A stretch of 47,782 nt of DNA, counting the filler, from Sphacelaria rigidula (Eukaryota): NCBI GenBank assembly GCA_964200075.2. It is 2 parts of 2 records of this genome, joined end to end, with 100 filler letters (N's around TTAATTAATTAA, not from the genome) between each part and the next. Parts side by side here need not be neighbours in the genome. Positions count along the whole stretch, not along the records: positions 1 to 23,854 come from CAXNAA020000243.1; 1 more part is not named here. One strand, 5' to 3'. The position numbers were made by a program, and so were the translations under genes. Below the pieces are notes generated by a model that did no database searches, was not told the origin of the DNA, and was given only the letters and a program-made list of their open reading frames with translations. Below, one piece after another: positions 1-11,582 of the stretch. Position 1 is the stretch's first letter, and every line of letters begins with the position of its first letter.

Positions 1-49
1 GGTGGTTTGTTACGGCCGGCGCACACCCCCGCACCGGCCATCGAGGGGG

Positions 50-80
<31 letters not shown>

Positions 81-382
81 AATTCTCGATAGTCGAGTAT
101 ATCGCTGCATAGACATATACCCCTGAGCTCCTATCACCCACACTCCCTCGTAAATGCAGATTGAGCAAGCGCAAAGCATCCAGCGTAATGAATCCACCCA
201 TCCAGAGCTCGATACGTACAGTAGACAGGCATCTCCCTACATCCGTGACAGAAACATTGTGGCATCGCAACGACGAGGGCAATGGAGATGATCACAAACC
301 TGCATGTCAGGCAGGGCACACATATATATCGACGTCTCGATTTCTACCTACAGTGATCGTCAAGGCGAAACAAAGTCATCAC

Positions 383-2941
383 CTGAGGGACAGCCGTCTG
401 CGCCCCCTGCATGATAGCATGTACGGCCGGGCTGACCTCTCGGTCCTGCTCCTCCTCGACCGCCGCTGCCATTATTGCTGGCTCGCTTGCCTTGCCTACA
501 AGCAGTTGCTGTCCTCCTTCCGCACCGCTTCCGGATCCCTCCGATCCCGTGTCCGCCGACGGATGCTGCCGTTTCTGCTCTACTTCGGAGGCTGCCGCCT
601 CCGGCGCTTCCACCGGTACTGCAGCGGCTGCCATCGCTTGCGCCTCAGCCTCCACTGCAGCGTCATCGGCTTCCTGTGCCTTCTCCGTTCCTTTCGCAGC
701 CCTAGCTTCCTTCGCGGCCACTGCCTCGGCGGCCTTGACTCCCCTCGCCTCCGCGGCACTCGTTGTGTTGACAGCGGCCTTGGCTGCTTCCGCGGCGGCC
801 ACGGCAGCGGTAGCTTCTTCTTCAGCTTCGAACTGAGTGGCCTTGGCTATGCTTTCTTTCCTTGCAGCGGCGGCCTGTTTCTCTGATTCCACTCGGTCAG
901 CCCTAGCCTTTTCTTCTCTCTCTGCACCGGCGACCTGTTTCTCAGCTTCCTCTCGGGCGGCCCTGGCCTCTTTTTCTCTCTCTGCAGCAGCTGCCTGTTC
1001 CTCAGCTTCGTCCTGGGCGGTCGTGGCCTTTTCTTCTTCTGCAGAGGCTACCTGTTTCTCAGCTTCCTCCTGGACGGCCCTAGCCGTTCCTTCTCTCTCT
1101 GCAGCGGCGGCCTGCCTTTCAGCTTCCTTCTGGGTGGCCCTAGCCTTTTCTTCTCTCTCTGCAGCTGCTGCCTGTTTCTCAGCTTCCTCTCGGGCGGCCC
1201 TAGCCTTTTCTTCTCTCTCTGCAGCTGCTGCCTGTTTCTCAGCTTCCTCTCGGGCGGCCCTAGCCTTATCTTCTCTCTCTGCAGCGGCTGCCTGTTTCTC
1301 AGCTTCCTCCTGGGCAGTCCTAGCCTTTTCTTCTCTCTCTTCAGCGGCTGCCCGTTGCTCAGCTTCCTCCTGGGCGGCCCTAGCCTTTCCTTCTCTCTCT
1401 GCAGCGGCGGCCTGCTTCTCAGCTTCCTCCTGGGCGGCCCTGGTATTCTCTTCTTCTCCAGCGGCTGCCTGTTTCTTCGCTTCCTCTTGGGCGATCCTGG
1501 CCTTTCCTTCTCTTTCTGTAGCAGCTGCCAGTTTCTCAGCTTCCTCTTGGGCGGCCCTAGCCTTTTCTTCTCTCTCTGCAGCGGCTGCCTGTTTCTCAGC
1601 TTCCTCTTGGGTGGCCCTAGCCTTCATCTCTCTCTCTGCAGCGGCTGCCTGTTTCTCAGCTTCCTCCTGGGCGGCCCTGATATTTTCTTCTTCTGCAGCA
1701 GCTGCCTGTTTCTCAGCTTCCTCCTGGGTGGCCCTAGCTTCTTCTTCTCTCTCTGCAGCAGCGGCCTGCTTCTCAGCTTCCTCCTGGGCGGCCCTAGCCT
1801 TTTCTTCTCTCTCTACGGCGGCTGCCTGTTTCTCAGCTTCCTCCTGGGCAGTCCTAGCCTTTCCTTCTTCTGTCGCAGCGGTCTGTTTCTTAGCTTTCTC
1901 TTGGGCGACCTTGGAATTTTCTTTATCCGCAGGGGTTGTCTGTTCTTCAGCTTCCCCTCTGACGGCCATAGATTTCTCTCCCTTCTCCGCAGAGGCTGCT
2001 TCAGCAGCCACTTTCTCTTTTTCGGTATCTTTCGTTGCCTGTGTTGCAGCCACCATCTGCTCTCCTTCTGCTATGGCATCATCTCCAACATCAATCTCCC
2101 CCGCGCCGCTCGTCTCTCGTCGAGTTCCCTCTTCTGATGACGTAACGACGGCACTTTCTGCACAGGCGGGTTGAGTGGGCCTCGTCGCCCGCAAAGGTGG
2201 CGACGTAGCTTTCGCTGCAGCAGCAGCATCGATGGCGGTGGCAGCGGCAGACACCGGTGTACGCTCTGACTCAACACGCACTCTGGTCTCAGCCTCACTC
2301 ACCTTCCGCTCCTCCACTCCCGTACTCACTCCTTCGTCGCTTTCGTTACCTCCACCCTGTCTGCCAATAGTGCCATCAGACTCAGCCCTTCTGCTCCGTG
2401 ATGGCGACGTCCTCGATGACTGGAATCCTGGCTGTTTCTCAGGCGTCTCCACCGCGTCGGTAGCGGCAAGCGCCAGCGCTTCCGTTGCGTTCTCTTCTGC
2501 TTCCGCACTGGCCACGACCGCTACCGCAGCCTCAATAACGCTAGCTGCTAATTCATTTATCCGTGCGGTGACGGCGGCAGCGCTGTCACCAACAGCATCT
2601 GTCGTCTCAGTACTCAAAACCGGTTGTTCCGCTTGATAATCTTCTCTTCCATCCGTTGCGGCCATCTCAGGTGCGACACCAGCTTCGGAGATGGAAGACG
2701 CGTTGGAAGGCGAAATTACCCCATCCTTTTCCCCCCTTCCAGAGCGGTTTTGCGACTTTTGGGGGGTGGCGGGGGAGGGCCCCGGGGCGGACAATGTCTC
2801 GGGCCAACGAACTACCTCTAGCGCCGCCATTTTGACATTCCAAGTAAAGGGGTATATCGGTCCGTCTTCCCATGGTTGGTACTCGACGGTGTGGTTGCGG
2901 ACCCCCTTTGCGTTTGCTAGCGGCTGCCTGATTACCTTGCC
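383..2941 (-). CDS. Exon: second half of module 3 and Ala/Glu/Lys/Arg helical repeat region; the gene probably continues past the window start
   Basis: Acceptor cgacAG|GGC at 2941 is in frame with ORF 344-3001. Probable donor CAG|GTGATG at 383/382; otherwise the frame stops at 344. Confidence 0.8.
840..1905 (-). repeat. Coding minisatellite: about 18 units of 60 or 57 bp (QEEAEKQAAAAEREEKARAA)
   Basis: Near-identical consecutive 60-nt lines at 1081-1440, interspersed with 19-aa variants such as EEENIRAA and EEENTRAA. Confidence 0.95.
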
Positions 2942-3461
2942 CTGTCGGTTTCGGTTGTTCCCCGTGCCGTCGATCAAGAAAGGAGTGTAGAATAAAGACA
3001 CCGATGATCACACGGGGAGAGGAGGGAGGAGGGGGAGACTAGAACTGGTGGGGGCCATGTGAAATGACTTCAGACGACAGACAGGGCGGAAGCCATTACC
3101 ACATAATCTCGCCGTGCTCCTCTCGACGAAACACATTGAGCATTCATTTATTCGAACTCGTGTAACAGACGCGGCAGTTATACCACGTACAGTCGTATCA
3201 CAAAGTGTTGAGGCAATGCTTGGGGAGTACACAGTTTAATGTCGTTCCAGTATGAGCGGGCCGAAAATACTCTCCTCGGCGATAATACCGACAGTCCAAA
3301 TGTTTACGCTCAAGCCAAATTTACTATTTTTGCCTGCATGTCGTCTACCCCTCCGCTCTCTACTCACACATTGACTTTCTTGGAACCACGCAAGTTTTGC
3401 GCCATTTACACGTGAGCTATTTCGACAGTTTCATCTTAACTCAACGACAAATCCACCTCAC

Positions 3462-3887
3462 CTCCCGACCAAGCAGCTCATGGAAGCCTGCTGGTCTCTG
3501 CTCGCTTCGCGCAAACTTCAAGCTCCGACCGGGATCCATGTCTACCGTGCGAACAACCACGATCGTCCCGATGGGATAGCCGAACTTTTCGACAGCGGCC
3601 GTAACCGCGGGAGAGGGCGGGGTCGGCTGTGGTGACGGTGACAGCAGCGGTAGAGACGGCGGCAAAGGTAGTGGCAGCGGCGACGGCTGCGGCGATGCGG
3701 CAACTTCGCCCTCTTGCACCTCCGTGGCGATCTGACCAGTGTCGAAGTTAGGCTTCCAGAGAGTAATATACTTGCGTTGGACATTCCAGGTGATCTCCAC
3801 ATCGGTGGGCCCGCCGGGCCAAGTTTCGAAAGCTAGAACGTGGTACCGAGGGGAGCTCCATACGGTAGGTGCTTTCCTAACGATTGC
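3462..3887 (-). CDS. Exon: second half of module 2, Pro/Ser linker, first half of module 3
   Basis: Acceptor atgacAG|GCA at 3887 gives AIVRKAPTVWSSPRYH, in frame with ORF 3441-3800. Donor GAG|GTGAGG at 3462/3461. Exon is 426 nt, phase 0-0. Confidence 0.85.
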
Positions 3888-4243
3888 CTGTCATGGCGGC
3901 GAAAATAGGGTTCAAGACATGAAAGATACAAGCGACGATAGAATTGATCCGAAAGGTCTGGCCCATAAAACAAGTGAGTGACTTAAATAGACGATGGAGC
4001 ACGAACGGCTTACTGCAAGCGCACACAAATTCGTCAGGCGGATGGCGTGGAGGACAGTTTTGGTACTTTTAGGCCATCGAATACGTTCGGAGACAGACTG
4101 GCAACGAAAGCAGTGGGGAAAGTGGTACGCGAAAAAATACTCCCGCCGTCCCTTCGCTCCCTTCGTATGTAGAGAACAACGAGGGCACCCTGCTTTCAAG
4201 ATACGTCCCATACATGCCTAATCTGCCACCATTTCATTCTCAC

Positions 4244-5188
4244 CGTCTTCCCCAGAAGCTCGGCCACCTTGACCCTTCCTTTCGGGTTCGGCCCGCCCCT
4301 CTCGTCGTTTGACCACTTGGGTAACTCGACGAGCACAGCGCGGGTGCCCACGGGAATAGACCAGACCTCTCCGTCCGCAGCCTTCATCTCCTGGATCTCG
4401 GCCTCATCACCATCGTCGTCGTCCTCCTCCTCCTTCTCATCATCATCATCATCATCATCATCATCTTCGTCATCATCATCTTCATCATTATCGTCGGCAT
4501 CGTCTTCATGCTTTTCCTTCTTCTCTGCACCTTGCTCTAGCTCCTCTTCGACTGTCTCTTGACCAACTTTTTCCTCTTCATCTATGTCCATTTCCTCTCC
4601 CGAATCTAGTGTCTCGACGGTGTCATTCTTCCTTCGCTCACGACCATCGCCCACTTTAACTCCACCACCAGCCGTCTTCTCAACTTCTTTACGCAGTCCG
4701 GCTCGCTCTACCTGCCCCTGTTCATCGCCATCACTGCCACTATCGTGTGCCCCGCTATCGCTGCTTCGCCGATGCCTCCCCAGTGCGACCTTGCTTGCCC
4801 TCCTTCTTGACACTCGGCGCGTCGGCCTGCTGTTCCTAGGAGTATCTACTTCTGAGGACGTGTCTTCGTTAGCAGCATTGTCCTCTGCGCCGTCGGCTAA
4901 CACCGTTCCTCGGACTTCATCAAGAGAAGCAGCTCTCCTGGGTCCGTCTCCGCTGCCGCGCCGTGCCGGAGACGGTGAAGATTGCCCTACACTGGTGCCG
5001 GCCGCGGTGTCAACGGAAGCCGCATTTGTGCTCCCCGTTGGCTGTGCTGTCGACGGCGGGGCCTCACAGAGAAATCCGGCCTTCACTTTGAGCTCTACTG
5101 GCTCGTCAGGGCCGCCTTCCCACGGCGGAAACTCCACCGTGTGGTACCTTGGACCTGAAATCCACGTGGGCTTTTTGATAACTCGGGC
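4244..5188 (-). CDS. Exon: second half of module 1, poly-Asp/Glu tract, first half of module 2
   Basis: Acceptor caatcAG|GCC at 5188 and donor ACG|GTGAGA at 4244/4243. Exon is 945 nt, phase 0-0. Confidence 0.85.
4404..4506 (-). repeat. (TCA/TCG)n microsatellite encoding a poly-Asp/Glu tract
   Basis: Run of TCATCATCA..., translated as EDDADDNDEDDDDEDDDDDDDDDEKEEEDDDDGDE. Confidence 0.9.
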
Positions 5189-5558
5189 CTGATTGATATG
5201 TTTGTACGCACGAGCCGAGTGAGGGGGCAGCGGGAAAATGGTCGTAAAGCACGTTCCATAAAGAGGGGACGAAATCAACCGACTACATCGAAAACAGCAC
5301 AGGGAAGACGCTGATGACCCCGTCAATGATTAAACACTTGCAACTTCCCACCTGTTGACCTGTGGATGGTAAACTGCACCCATGCAATATCCACCCTTTT
5401 ACGATGAGTATAGCCCCGAAGCAACCGAGCAGCCTCAAACAGCCACGGAAACAACGAAATAATATGAGCGATACGACAAGCCCAAGCGACATACGAAATA
5501 AATCTAGCGTTGCGCAACCACGAATGGAAAAGTTGACGTGTGCCGGCCGTCCTCTCAC

Positions 5559-8500
5559 CGTCTTGTTGAACAAATCTTCCAGCTGTATAGGATATGGGGG
5601 CCTCGGTCTCAGCGCTTTGCCCTCGGTCGGGATGTTGAGGACGACGAACGTGCCTTCCGCATAAATTCGAGCCCCAACACTTTTTCTCTTGCGCTTTGAA
5701 GCGGTAGCCTCTACGTCCCCCTCCTGCCCCTCTTCTCCGTCCTCTTCCTCGTCGCTTCCTTTTGCCACCCCCTCTCTCCCGACATCGTTGACCTCCACCC
5801 CGGCTTCTTTCGTTACTTCGCTCTCTTGCCGCTTCTCCTGCGGTTCCTGCGCCACCACCTCTGCCGCTTCAGCTTCTGCTGAGGCCGCCCGCCGTGAAGA
5901 ACGCTTGGGGGTCTTGGTGATATCTTCTGACCGCTCCTCTTTGCTCACGTCACGTTTGGGCCCAGCGTTGCTGCTGTCTTTCGCGATGTCTGCAACGGGT
6001 TCCGCCCCAATCGCTTCCTGATTTGGTGCCGCGATTGACTGGCTCTTGCCCGTGCTGGGAACGCTCTCCTCCACATTGTCCCTAACCCTCGCCTGAGGGA
6101 CAGCCGCCAAATCGGTATCAACATCAGTTGAAATATCCCCGGTGCTTGTCCCCGCCGGAAATTCTGCTCCCGTTCGGGCAGTAGTAACGTCGTCTTGCAC
6201 GTCCTGACGTCTGTTCTGTTCCGCGCCTTGACTGCCACCATTGGTTGCGTCAGTGACCCCCTCGTCTTCCCCGCGAGTTCCATCCCTGACACCGCGCAAA
6301 GATCGTCTTCGTGGGTCTAATACCGCGCCCGCCCGGCGTGGTCGCAAGGATTGAAGAGGTGAACGGAGTGTCTCACCAGGCTCAGCCGCTGGTGCCGTGG
6401 CTGCTGCCGCCGTTTCGGCCTGTAGCGGAGGTTCTGCCGACGTGGACAAGAGTGGCAGCGGAGGAGCTGCTGACACCGTGGTTTCGTGTTCATCGCCCTT
6501 ACGATTCGCCGTTCCTTCTTTGCCAACCTTGTGTGTTGTCGCTGTGGCGCTTGCAACGGTAGAAGCATCAGGATCAGCTGCAACGATTGGCTGCGGTACG
6601 CCCTCCGCGACAGGTACCTTCTCCGCTCCCTTCTTCGGGATTTCCCCTGCACTTGGCAACCTTGCTGTACAAGCACCGGTTCTGTCCGAGCTAGCTCGGG
6701 ACATCCGAGATGATAAAATTGAGGAAGAGGAGGAGGAGAACGAGGACGGACACGACAGGTCAGGAAGGCGTGCGGCAGAATCGAAACGAGTACCAGTACT
6801 AGTCACACTGGCGGTTGTACCAGCGGCGGCGGTCGTAGCTGAGGTCGACGAGGCTGCAGTCGGGCGGATAGGCGACGCTTCGTGGGCATTTGTACTGTCG
6901 GCTCCATGCATAAAAGGATCAGACGTGTCTTCAAGAAAGAAGTCGTCGTGGTCGCCGCCCATACCGTGAAACTCTAGCGAAGAAGTCGGCATGGGCAGGT
7001 GCTCGTATGCTGAGCTGAGTGTATTCCCTGCTAAAGGTGGCGGCTCATTTTCTACACCGTTCCGTCCCCGTTCTCCTCCAACACTACTGGTGGGAGTGCC
7101 ACCAGAGATGGGGCCAAGAGCAACCTTCGTCGGAGTACGTCGAGCCTCGTGACTGCCCGGGGAACGGTTGGCACGTGCGGAGGATCCCGAACGAGACGAC
7201 GGTGATTCCCCATACCGCCCACCGGCGCTGGAACGACTCGGTGGTGTATCGCAGATGCGCCTTGAGCTTGCGTTACCTCGGTGCCGGTCCTCCTTATCTT
7301 TGTTACCTTCGGCACTCCTGCGTCTCGCATGCGCGACGTCTTGGTTGATATCTCGCTCAAATGCGCTCTGCTTGTTGTAGCCACGTTCACCGCTCCGCCG
7401 CTCCCGGCTTCGGCTCCGGGCGCGCTCATTGCCACCGCTGCCGCGGCGACCATACGCGTCAATTGGTGTTGATTGGTAGTCTTTGAAGCCGCCGTTGCCG
7501 CAACCACTACGCGTAGCCCCGTCGCGGCCTGTGCTACCCCCACGATTATCCTTCTCACTGTAACTACTACTACGGTCGCGGGATCTGCGGCCTTTTTGAT
7601 CCGACCAATTTACCGTGCTCTGAACCGCCTTTCCGCCCTGAGAGCTACCACTACTCCTCGGCGCCCCTCCCGAAGATCTGCTGGCGCTGCGCTTGACATC
7701 CGGCTGGCCATGGCTCCCGTGGGCACGACGTTCTCGAGAACGATCATTCCGAGCCCGTTCTTTGGCGTAGTAGCTGCTGGTGCGATCGTCATGTCGACCC
7801 CTATCGTGGTCACGGCTGCTGCGGCTACCCCAGCTGTCTCTGTTTCTGTCGCGACTGGAGGATCTACGGCGATGATCACGACCACCACTGTCGCGGCTGG
7901 CGCTGCCACTTCCACCCTTCCACTTGCCCCAAGTGTTGTCACCGCGACGAGAGCCACTGCGCGTGGAAGTATTGTCAATGCTGCTGACACTAGAACTCCG
8001 GCTACGCGAGCTAAACTCCGGCTCCGTGCCGCTACTGTTACTGTCACTGCTGCTGGAGCTACTCCTGCTACTGCTACGTAGACTTCTACGACGGGCGGGG
8101 GAACCGTCGCCTCTCCGTTGCTGTACCCCTCTCGAACCGGATCCACTCTTGCCTACGTGCGGCCGCTCGTAGCCAGCAGCACCAACAGTTGCGCTGTCAC
8201 TGCTGCTACTCCTCTTGTTGCCGGTTGCGTTGCTGCCATCGATACTATGTTTTTTGGCACGTAGATTGCTACTACGGGGAGGAGACCCATCAACACTCCG
8301 TTGCTTGGCCTGTTCGTAACCGGATGCACTCTTGCCCACGTGTGGCCGATCGCCGGCAGCAGCAAGAGCAGAACGCTCGTTCGGTCGTCGGCCTCGACCT
8401 GTAGTCAATGCATTATCCAACATAATCGCCGGGAGATTACTTTGTGTCGACGATTGAGGTGGTGAAGGCGGAGACGACACCGCCGCCGTGTTGCTGTGGT

Positions 8501-8714
8501 GTTTCCCCTTTTCATGCATGGACTGAGCGCTACCCTTGGCTGAGTCACTGAGGTGACGACCTCCACCCTTCGCACTCGTACCTTGCCGCTGATTCAAGTT
8601 GAGCTCAATCGATGCCACCAAGTTTTGGACGATACTGGCGGCGTCTACATTCTGCCCACTACGGGGGCCCACCGGCGAGGGAGGTCTCCTCCTGGCTGCG
8701 CTTGTCGCGGATAC
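5559..8714 (-). CDS. Large exon of the PHD protein: Arg/Ser-rich and acidic disordered region, ending with the first half of repeat module 1
   Basis: Acceptor cctcttgacAG|GTA at 8714 is in frame with ORF 5283-8672. Donor ACG|GTGAGA at 5559/5558. Exon is 3156 nt, phase 0-0. Confidence 0.82.
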
Positions 8715-8961
8715 CTGTCAAGAGGACAAGGTGACATCACACGCACGGAAGGTAACGAGTCTACGTACAAAAAAAATGCGTGTAAGCTGGTTCCAGGGAA
8801 AATGAAGACGAACGTCCTCCACACAGCTCTCAGGGGTCGGACGAATCGTCGCTAGTTCGAATCCCCTAATCTACGATTTCTGAAGCCTGATTACTACAAA
8901 GAGACAAAGTTGGCCGCGGGTTAACAAAGTCTACACGTGAATTTTGCGCTATTCCACGTAC

Positions 8962-9009
8962 CTGGGGTGCGCGAACGTCGGGCGTATCGCTCAACAAAAA
9001 GCCCGAGAA
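8962..9009 (-). CDS. Candidate 48-nt micro-exon of the PHD protein (FSGFLLSDTPDVRAPQ)
   Basis: Acceptor aatcAG|TTC and donor CAG|GTACGT, phase 0-0, stop-free, compatible with the flanking exons. Confidence 0.4.
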
Positions 9010-9160
9010 CTGATTCATTCGGTACGAAGCAATGACACTAAAACCAAGTAACTCCCAGACGAATTATTATTCGCTCGACCCTTGGAAGTTTTGCGCACAT
9101 ATAGGCGCCTATCTGGAGAGCAAATAAAGCCGCGTCATCATTTTTCTTGTCCCTCGGCCC

Positions 9161-10406
9161 AAGGCTTTAGTTTCGTATGCGCGCATAAAGTTTAGCTTAA
9201 TTTCGGTTTATTTAGCTTAAATAGGCCTGTTAAGCGCAAAGCTTATAATCGGCTTAATACGCCTGAGACGAGCTTAACTTGCTTAAAACGCGCATAAGCG
9301 CGCATGAAACGCGCATAAACTTGCGATAGTTTTTTGCTCGCAAGTGCTCCATGTGGCGTAACTCGCCACTAGACATGCCGGCAGGCGTCAGGCTTCAGGC
9401 TCCATCACTCAATGCTTCAAATTTCCACGGTCATGTTTCGTTTTCCTATTTTTTTGCGGGTCTCATGAGCAGAGTGCTCAACTCTATATTTAATACACAT
9501 GGGACTATGTTGCTTTAAAAAATATGACAATAATATTCACTTGTACTTTGTACAGCAGACAGCAGAGAGCAACAGTAATAGCAGAACCAACAGAGAGAAG
9601 TGATAACGAGCGATAGCAGCGTTTGTAACTCACGCGGTCATGGCGGGCCTATTGTCCGAGAAGGACGACTTTTTGGTCGCGGCCTCAAGCACGCACTCGG
9701 AGTATGATTTGCTGTCGTTTTCAGATGACAACACGAACAGGCTTCCCAGTTGGTATCTCGTGGCGATGGATATTGTACTTATCCAGCCATCTTCCGCGTC
9801 TACGGAGCGAGTGTTTTCGATTTTGAGGAGGTGCTTGAACTCCCGGCAGGAGAAGACGTTGGGTGACTACATCGAATCCGTAATTCTGATGAAGTACAAT
9901 CGGTACTGGTAGTTCGACAAGATTTTCAATGTCGACTGATGGTAAATGATGCGGGGTGATGGTAGCTTGTAGCTCGTAGCTTGCCGAGCGAGAGGCCAAA
10001 GGCTGAAATGCCCTGTGTCTAGAGGCTACAATGCCGTTCTGTGGTATCGAGTATCGTAAGTGTAGTGGCGTTTGCTGTTTCCGTACGTGGGTTAGGGTGT
10101 AGGTGCGCAGGTTGTAGTCTCCAAACTCAATAACTGAAGAAAAGCTTCATCTTTAAAATATAAAAAATGAACAAAAACTTCGAATGCCCAACTTGTCGTC
10201 GTGTCTTCCTACTATTATAGAATGCGCGCCTCGTGAGGGGAAACTCCCACAACGCCACGACAAGGACGGGAAGAAGGCTCATAAAGCGCGCCTAATTTGC
10301 GCTGAAAAGGGTTAAAATGGAGCTCAGTACCCGAAAAAAAGCTTATATAGAAAAAAAACTGGAGCTTAATATCAAGAAAAAAACGCGCATACGGAACTAA
10401 AGCCTA
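9161..10406 (+). mobile_element. hAT-superfamily transposon, internal-deletion (non-autonomous) derivative
   Basis: 23-bp TIRs AAGGCTTTAGTTTCGTATGCGCG (9161-9183) and CGCGCATACGGAACTAAAGCCTA (10384-10406). Exact 8-bp TSD CTCGGCCC at 9153-9160 and 10407-10414. Subterminal GCTTAA/GCGCATA motifs. Confidence 0.92.
9640..9912 (+). pseudogene. hAT transposase C-terminal dimerisation-domain remnant
   Basis: LPSWYLVAMDIVLIQPSSASTERVFSILRRCLNSRQ matches the hAT dimerisation motif (PxSSAxxERxFS) and lies inside the TIR/TSD-bounded element. Confidence 0.88.
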
Positions 10407-11170
10407 CTCGGCCCTGACTTCATCGGTGCTTGAAATGAAACTGTGCTATGGGTTACCCTCCAACATGATGGATCTTCGTGTGGAATTACTTGCGTCACAT
10501 ACCTGTCAGCTTCCGTGCTCTAGGTCGGAATCACCACGAAACCACCAAAAGATGATATTTGCAGCGAGTGCTCGTCGCAGTCTCGGCACAGCAAGGCAAG
10601 CCCTCGAACACGAATAACTTCATACTGTGCGCGCAGCTAACTACGGTGACCCCGAAAACAGCACAATTCTGGGGTTGCGATGGTTGTGTGCAGGGGGGGA
10701 AATGTATCAGGTGCTGAAAAGTTTGAGGGCACACGGGGAACGTAGGGAGATGATGTTTTGGTACACAACCAGGTGAGACTGCTGCGTTTGGGTCGAATCT
10801 TTTATCCTTCGTCCCCAATTGAAACAGCACCCCCGGCCCGAATCCGGCAACGGCGTTGTGCTCGTCCCATACTTATCCTGTTCTCATCGTCGAGCAGATA
10901 TTATCAATGGCATACCGTCTCCCTGGTGATCACAAGAAAAGCTGTGTTGAAAGTATTTTTTTCAGTTTTTTTGAGCGTGACCCGCATTCAGGGGAGGGGA
11001 CCTTAGACCCACTTTCATGGCAACGACTCTCGACTTGTACAAATATGATAATCTCAGCCCGTCTTCAGGCGATTTTCTCCCGTGGATTGATTTTTCGGAC
11101 CCCAGACCGTTGGGCAATGTTTTTCGCCTAGCTGTGAACAACCCAGATCATTTCTCCGATTCTCTGGACG

Positions 11171-11300
11171 TTGACTTTTGGTTTACCATCTTTCTGCCCA
11201 AATCGGGACACTCCTGCATCTCCTTCGATTCTTCTGAAAAAATCGAGGGAGATGCAGGAGTGTCCCGATTCCAGCAGAACGGTGATGTATCGAAAGTCAA
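11171..11300. repeat. Long fold-back: 30-bp near-perfect stem with 10-nt loop and an imperfect outer extension
   Basis: 11201-11230 AATCGGGACACTCCTGCATCTCCTTCGATT pairs with 11241-11270 at 29/30 positions. The outer arm TTGACTTT..TTCTGC pairs with GCAGAA..AAAGTCAA. Confidence 0.9.
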
Positions 11301-11582
11301 TAAGCAGGAATATCTATATGAGAACGTGAGGGCAAAGTAGTGTCACCTAAGCCTGCCGACAAAGAACTGCGGGCCGAACGTATCCGTCCATCCACGGCCG
11401 TGTCTCACATATTGCGCTTGATCCTGTTTCCCGTGCAGTCCCGCGGGATTATTTCTTGGGGGAGCGGGGTTTATTGGACATGTTTGGACGATGTAAGGAC
11501 CACACTGAAACCGACGTAACCCTAGACCGACCGATTGTTTCGTACTAATAGCCGCCGAGCCCCGGTGGTGTAATGTTTCGAC

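Noticed and set aside
840-1905. Regular 60-bp periodicity as a CRISPR array
   Set aside because: Head-to-tail coding minisatellite without unique spacers, in a eukaryotic context with no cas genes.
161-2636. Long plus-strand ORFs (241, 445 and 260 aa and others)
   Set aside because: Antisense shadows of the repetitive Ala/Glu-rich minus-strand exon, with no independent protein signal.
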